A DNA stretch of 64,000 nucleotides from Daphnia carinata (taxonomy: Eukaryota): the NCBI RefSeq assembly GCF_022539665.2, contig NC_081333.1, positions 7,192,001 to 7,256,000 on the forward strand, given 5' to 3'. The first letter of the stretch is position 1. Each line of letters begins with the position of its first letter. The translations under genes were made by a program, and so were the position numbers. The notes beneath the pieces are model-generated. The model searched no databases and had not been told where the DNA came from. It saw nothing but the letters and a program-made list of their open reading frames with translations. Shown here piece after piece: positions 51,501 through 64,000 of this stretch.

Positions 51501-51800
51501 ATTCTCTCTTCCTATTTGGGCCTCTTTCTCTCACATTTTGTGGCTGTCTGTTTGTTGTTTGGCTGCTGCTGCTACGACGTTTGAACGATAACGGTTTGGG
51601 CATCATCTGGACTTATCGTGACAAACGCCTTGCGTTCAGTTTGCTCCCCTCGGTCGTAAGTCCTCGTCCTCCTTTCCGTAATGGGATTTAAATTGATTTA
51701 TGGGACGTTGTCGAACGATACGAGAACAGGTGCCTGTTTTCGGCCACCACTTTGGTTTCCTTTCGGCAATATGAGTTTTAAAAATTACCTCCGACTTTGT

Positions 51801-51880
51801 CTGCCATCTAACGATGAATTTCGATAACTAAAAGTGCTGCCATCTATAGTGGAGCGCGGCTGTTAAACGCCATCTAGCGA
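51801..51880 (-). promoter_or_regulatory. Cluster of three co-oriented CTCF-like motifs (TAGATGGC core); candidate insulator between the FGF8-like and collier loci
   Basis: GCCATCTA at 51803, 51839 and 51869, which read on the - strand as TAGATGGCAG, TAGATGGCAGCA and GCTAGATGGCGT; these match the CTCF core AG(A/G)TGGC(A/G). Confidence 0.55.
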
Positions 51881-54800
51881 TGCTAGAAAACACTGAGTGC
51901 ATTGAAAGCCGAGAGGTGCGGTACCTATCTTCCGACGAATCAACGCTTAAAATAGAGCTGATGTCATGGAAATTTGAAAGTAAGCAACAAGGTGCCCCCC
52001 CTCACCTCTGGAAAAATCCCACACGAGAGCGATGCACCGTATGAACCAACGGTCACGATTACCGAAAGTAACCATTGTACACAACTGTCAACGTCCAGAA
52101 CACACAGTTGGTCAATATTAGAAAAGCCACCACCATCCCATAAATCCCGACAGATTATTTGTTAACTTACCATTGGGTTTACCAGTAGTGATTTTAATCC
52201 GACGTCCAATTAAAGTCCAAAAATCTCGCAACGATAGACCGCGTTTTGGACTTCGTGATTCGCATTTTTTGAAAGAATGTTTACACGACAAATCACACAA
52301 AAAAAATCTGTTTTCTTTCTCTTTGACCAGGTGAGTTCACACATGCACCGATGCATTTTCCATCATTTTTTTTGTTGTTGTTGATGTCTACTACGTTTGT
52401 TTTTTTTCGGCGTAAATAAAACCAGATCCGCGCACTCGTGAAGCCTCGACTATGAATGAATGGTACAGTCCATTCACGGAAGACGTTAAAAAAAAAGAGA
52501 AGGGGCGCCCCACACACCGGCACACCTTAGTTGTTGTAGTTGTATACCCTTCTCTCGGCATAGCAAATGTTAAAGCTTTTTTCCTCTCTTTCTCCCGTGA
52601 GTTTCTCGTGAGGCCACCGCATTCACGTTGCGTACATTTTAACAATGGCCTGTGGTGCGGGGGCACTCCTTCGCACAACTTGCTAATTTTAATAATGATG
52701 CCCTTGTAGACCACACTATCGTTACGTTCACTGGAGGCCACACTACACGCAAAACTTGACTCAACGTTAACGATAATGATACTAAACAGCAAAGTTCTTT
52801 GGGGTGACTTGATTCTTACACCTTTTTTTTTCGAATACGTTCGTCATCATTCGGACCCAATCGTGTTGGTTGGCAGGGCGGAGAAGTGGGGTACGAACCC
52901 GGATGAGAGAGGAGGAGGGGAATGGTTCAACAAAGAGAAAACGCGTGCGTTTGTGGGGTTTTTCGTTTATTACTGAAATGATATGAAAAGACGGGTTAGG
53001 TCATCGACGAGCAAGGGGCAATACACACGCACGATCCCTCCCTTTTTGTTTGTTGTATATGGATATGTGTATGAGATAAGGTGAACGAGAGAAAAAACAA
53101 ATTCAAAATTCAAATCATCGTTTACAATTGCGATCCGTTTTTTTTTTTGTTCTGGATGCGATTGCCACTTGTCATCACGTCTAGATCAAGCGAAGGGTAA
53201 ATACATAGGCACCGTCTATTTATATTAATGTATTTTTGAATAGTGTTTCAACGATGATGTCTGCATGTATCGTACTGTCAGACGGAGCAACGTTGAAAAC
53301 TAATATTGATTGAGCCGGTGCAATTTTGATTGATACACTATCACCTGTGGTCTTGTCTCGTCTTGATGTCGCCAGTATATAAAGCTCTCGTGTGCGCTAC
53401 ACTGGCTTCGATTAAAGAAAACTCGTTTGGGTCCTTCCTCCTTCTCGTGGCTTTTGATTTCGAATTCTTTTACTTTTTTGCATTTTTTGCGTTTTGTTTA
53501 TTAACGGCTAATATACTGACCGAGCTATAAAATAGGCTTTTGTAATCAGTCGATGATGTCATCCCCACTCGTCCAGATCCGGTTCACACACGCAACTGGG
53601 ATTTACAACTCAAATAATATGATGACCTTTCTCTCCCATTATCTTTTTTTTTATATAAAGCTCTTTTGTAAAGTGTCATCATCGTCCCACACAATTCTCC
53701 ATTTTTTTTCGTGACGTCTCCTCGTTGTTACTCGCCGATCGATTGACGGATGGCAAAAGATCGAATTACACTTTACATCCGCACCAATAAATCCTAGATT
53801 GCTTCTCGTCAAGTCTATAACCGCGTTGCCTACAAGGACTTGACATTTTTTTTTCTCTCGTCTAATAGATCCTCGGTACTGATATATACCCCTCCCCTCT
53901 ACGTTATTTTTTTTTTTAAGTCTACTTAAATCCCATCGACCCCTCTTTTGCGGCAAAGTAGTACACACGCGCTGGTACACACACCCACCATTTTAATCCC
54001 AACAATAGAGAAAAGATAGTAGACAGTACAAACGTAGGCATGTCACGTGACCAGCCAAATCGAACGTCGTTCTCTTGTTTGCCCACTTTCCCACCTTACG
54101 AGACAACCAAACAGTAGAGAGTAAGGAAAAAAAAAAAATGTAATACGTGGAATCCCCTCAACCAGTTGAGTAAACTTCACTGATGTTGGCTGGCATAACA
54201 TTCAAGATGACTTTATTGACTGAGAGATGTAAAAAGAAGGGAAAAAGAAAACTAGGAAAAAGGATGTTTTTCAATATGTACACACACAAGTTTTTCACAT
54301 TTGTTTAGTTGTTGTTACTAATAATTTTAAGGGGGAAAAAATAAGAAGTTTGAAAATGACATTTTTTTTTTTACATGGGAGCAGACAAACAAAATGAACC
54401 CATTCACATAACACGAGGACAGTTAAAAGATACCTTTGTTGATTTATCTTTAAAAAAAAAATTCTTTGTTTTGTAATGACAAAGGAGGGGATTATAAGTC
54501 GATTAGAAGATTTTTTCGTCCGAATCAGCTCACTTTTTGTAGAAACAGCGAGTTGATGGTTTTAGGTTTTTGTTTGTTATGAGGGTGGTAGTACATACAC
54601 AGCAATTCAATCACTCCACCCTCAATTCACACACATGCGACATTCTGTTTACCTTTGATTAATTACACAATACATAACACATCTCCCCACCAAAAAAAAA
54701 AAAGAACTATGAAAACGATTAGGATAAACGGTCGCTACATCAGATTTATAAGACTTTTCAGAAAAAAAATAGGGAAACAATTTTTTTTTTGTTATTTTGT

Positions 54801-55214
54801 TTACAAAAAAGAGGGGGGAAGGGGACAAAAAGAATATTGCATCAATACTTAGTATACGAATCTTTCTTCATCTCCCTTCACATTCGGGAAATCAGAAAGT
54901 GAATACACGAGGAACCTAAGCCCGGCCCTTTGAAGAAAATGAAAAACTTGTTATACAATTTCAAAAATGAAAGGAAGATATGGTTACTTTAGGTGCTTAA
55001 AAAAATGAATTTTTTTTTAAAAAGACAACTGTTAGCTCTTTTTTCCCATTAAAGAGCGGACAAACAAAGAAAACGAAAGTCGACATTGATAACAGAGATC
55101 GTCATGGTATTACAGATCACGCTCACACGGCTGACAAGTAAAAATAACGAATAAAAAACCCATTTCATCCTTAAAATTTAGCGTTTCTCTTTAGTAGTTC
55201 GAAAAAATAAAAAA

Positions 55215-60504
<5,290 letters not shown>

Positions 60505-63500
60505 ATAACAATCAAACAAAATGGCTCTCACGCCACCAACTTGTTACGGAATAAAAATCAAACTGATTTGCACACTGAAATCACTAATCGCACCAAAAAT
60601 TTTAATAAAATAGCCGTCCTTTCTAAATTTCTTTTTTTTTTCAATTAAAAAAAAAAGAATATCGAAGAGAGGTGAGTGACTGACGATGATGCAAGTCTTA
60701 CGATAAAAAAAGAAACTAAAGTAAGAGAGACTCTGTGGAGAGATGACCAGGACGTCGACTTGACCGAAGCGAGTGCTGGAGCGAGACTCTCGAGAGACTG
60801 GGAGATTTTTCCCTTTTGGCGCGCGTCTCTTCGATCACAGAGAGAGGATGGTATGGGGGTGGTTGTGTGTATACACCCACTAGCGAGGGCTGCGAAGGGG
60901 ATGGGGTCATAGGTCAGTATCTAGTTTTTATCCCCCCCCCCTTCCACCTCCTTACGTATATGCTACAGAGATCCCATAAAAAGTGGGGGTGGTCTCGAGC
61001 GGGTTACCAGTGTTGGCTTTTCCCCAATGGCGTGTGTGTGTTGGCTCCGCCCTCTCGAGGGGGGATTTCGGCCAATCCGAATCCCAAGGGCCAATGAACG
61101 CGAGAACTCTCGCCGGGGGGGCGAGGACTTGTGTGTGTGCTGGTTATACATGGAGCCACTCCATCTCCTTGTATGGTACACACACATTTTTGCGCGCCCT
61201 CAACAACGTGAATGTATCACATTGTATATTGAACAGCCAAGAAGTTGGAAACTCCATAACACAACTCTTGATTGTTTTTTTTGTTCCCCTCCAAAAAATC
61301 AATGGCCACTTGGTTCATTTTTTGGAAATACGAAAAAACACTTTCGATTTTTCTAATCAAGAAAAGAAGCCCTGTTCAAATGAATTTCAACGTGGTCGAA
61401 ACAATTGGAAAAATGGATCATTTGGCAATGACGCCATGATGGGAGGCCATCTTTTCGGCACAAGTGAACTCAAGAAGGCCATTGTTCGAGTGTTGCAGGT
61501 GTCGGAAACATTTCGCTTCGGTTAATTTTGCAATCGTCAAAAGAAAAAAATGTCATGGCCAAAATGTTTTCTTCTCCCCCTATTGTTTTTGTTATTTCGT
61601 TGGAAATTCCCCCCTAATTCCAAGTCTAAGAAAAAAAAAACGCCATTTTGTATTTTCTTACCCCTCCCTTCACTTGGGATGACCCTAGAGACACGCAATT
61701 TTCGCACAGCCTTGGAGAAATTACTTGTGAAGGTTATTTTTCTTTTCTAACTAGAAGGCCTAAAAAAAAAACGAATGGGGGAGGCTAAGAATAGAAAACA
61801 AAGTCGGCCATTTTGTGTGTTGTGAAGAAAAAAAAAACGACCTTGGATTGACACAACGAAAATGCAATCGAATTTGATATTTCCGTACAGCTATTGGTTT
61901 AAAGGTTATTATCGTATCGAAAAGAGGATCGTGTCCGAATGAGTTTCCAGCACACGCAAGAGAAAGCAATCTTCTCTTGTCTAGATCAAAATATCCTTTT
62001 GCTATTTGTTTTTATTTCATCATCTTCAATGATGAGAGGGAGAGCGTGATGGAATTAAAAATCCCCCTACAACAGGGACGTGAATCGCGTGTACGTGAGG
62101 CCAATCAAGTTTTGAACCAAAAAAAAGCCGGCGGTGTTCCAAAACTTTGTAGAACATTTTTCTTATCTGATGGTATGCAAATTTTTCTGAAACAAAGAGA
62201 ACTTTTAGCATTGCGGAACTCATTTGCATGAGGGTCGCCGCCCATGACCAATTAATTTAATATCCCCCCTCTTTTTGCTCAAATATGAAAACAAAAGTTG
62301 TCCAGTTGATGGACAGTTGTATACAGACTGATAACAGCTAACGGATTACACACACACAGCTCGGGCTAATCTCCCAACTTAACTCTTAACGTTAAAAACC
62401 GAGTTCCATTATCGTTTTCTCTTTATATTACAGTTGGATATGTTTTTGTTACTCTACTGTAATACTCTTTCTTTTTTTTTTCCCGAGTGCGTGTTATTTG
62501 GCTGCTGGTCTCCCTTCTGACAGCTTCGGGACCCCCTGCAACAAAGTTCCTCCCAAGAGACTTGGCTCCTCCCCATTTCCCGACTCGCATCTCTTCAACG
62601 GCATTATACAGACAGCTAAAGGAAATGTTTGGGGAGTTTTACTAGTTTTTACTTCTAGCTTCCCTCTCTATATCTGTGTGTGTGTGTGTGTGTAGGTTTA
62701 AATATAAGTTGCGTTTCTCTCCCCTTCCCTGTTCAAAAAAAAAAAATGTGTGTTTACGTTGAACTCATCTCTCAGTTTCAACCGGCAATCAACTTGCCAT
62801 CGGCACTTCGTCTGTTGTTTTTCGGAATTTTTTCCAAATGCGGGATTTTCAAAAATAAAAAAATTTGAAATTGATTTCAACGTTAAAGTCCTATAGTGGC
62901 AGCTAATATATCAGAGAGAGAGAAACACGAAGTAGCCTCTTCTTTTTTAAAGGGGGGCGTCTCCAGGGTGTCGTCGTCGATCACTATAGTCTCAGGGTCT
63001 CTTGATATCCATCTAATCCGCACTCGAAAAAAAGGTCCACGACTCTATATATCTAGAGTATATATATATATGTCGCCCTGCTGTATGTTAGTTCGAGAGT
63101 ATCGTTTTTGACACAACCAGAAATGCCCATTGATGTACGGTGATATCGGAACTACTTAATTTCATTCAGAAGACATTATTATTATTATTTTTTTTTTGTC
63201 TAGGACTAAAAAAGACATATATATCCATTCTTCAATGATGTCATCCATCATCCAAAGTCCCAAGGAAGTTCCGTATGCCATTATTTTTTGGCCCGGAAAT
63301 CATTTATTTACGTGCTCACGACGTATCAATGCATTCGAAATAATAGAATCAAAGCAGACGAACCTTAAAATCAAACCCTCTTTTTCTTTTCCTTGCTAAA
63401 TTTTAAGCATAACATTTCATTCATTAATAAGCGCATTTTAAGATGATTTTTTAGGAACTCAATATATTTATATTGTGCGCGAAACATAAACAATACGTTG

Positions 63501-64000
63501 CAGCGATGCGTTGCGCAAACTCGGCGTTCTCCCGTTGCACGGCTCCAATTTGAAGAGTTATATACAGCGGTCGCTCTTTCTTTCTTTTTTTCACGAAAGA
63601 AAGAAAGAGGGGAGTGTGTGCACAGTCGGGACTCGGGCTGCTACTATGGTCTCTAGAGATTTAGACCAATCAAAGAGCAGCAAATAACCTGCCTCTAGCT
63701 TTTGCCTCCTGCACGGCCTTTTTTCTTTATTTCTTTTTTTTTCTTCTTCTTCTTCAAGAGAGAGAGCTCCTTTATTCTTTGGGCTGCCTTTTATATTACT
63801 TTGTGTGTATACTTGTATATACTTTTATATTTTAAAAAATGGGGACGAATTAAAATAGAAATATGGATGTTCCAAAATGAAATATATAAAAAAGGGAGAT
63901 TATTAATGCGAACCTAATTTGAAAAAATAGAAAAGAAAAAGATTTTAAATGGCAATTAAATTGATTTCGTAAACGAAAGATTTCCCTTCCCCACCCAATT

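Noticed and set aside
52391..52792. 133-aa minus-strand ORF as a further collier exon
   Set aside because: Neither this frame nor the phase-1 frame from the nearby acceptor resembles COE C-termini.
60560..60800. Inr+DPE core promoter for collier
   Set aside because: Inr-like sequences exist on the - strand (A+1 at about 60564, 60681 and 60799), but none has a DPE at +28, so the TSS could not be fixed.

Overview
Eukaryotic (animal) genomic DNA; the compact 60-80 bp introns and abundant poly-A/T tracts and microsatellites suggest a crustacean such as Daphnia (inference). The window has three protein-coding loci. (1) The low-complexity terminal exon of an unidentified + strand gene (174-1095). 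(2) A + strand FGF8/17/18-subfamily growth factor gene, rebuilt by hand from splice sites and phases: exons 19408-19421, 34775-34820, 35653-36007, 37586-37692, 38087-39343 (about 592 aa). It appears to have two alternative Inr+DPE core promoters (TSS about 18663 and about 33754), each with its own first coding exon splicing in phase onto a shared signal-peptide micro-exon. The protein has a ~55-aa insertion inside the FGF core and a ~300-aa C-terminal tail. (3) A convergent - strand collier/knot (COE/EBF) transcription factor gene with 12 clear exons (55482-60504) and a probable 8-nt final coding exon. Between the two 3' ends lie a 2.7-kb higher-order tandem array with a 30-bp palindrome in each unit (42822-45500) and a triple CTCF-like motif cluster (51800-51880). 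Most other ORFs in the supplied track are spurious products of low-complexity DNA.
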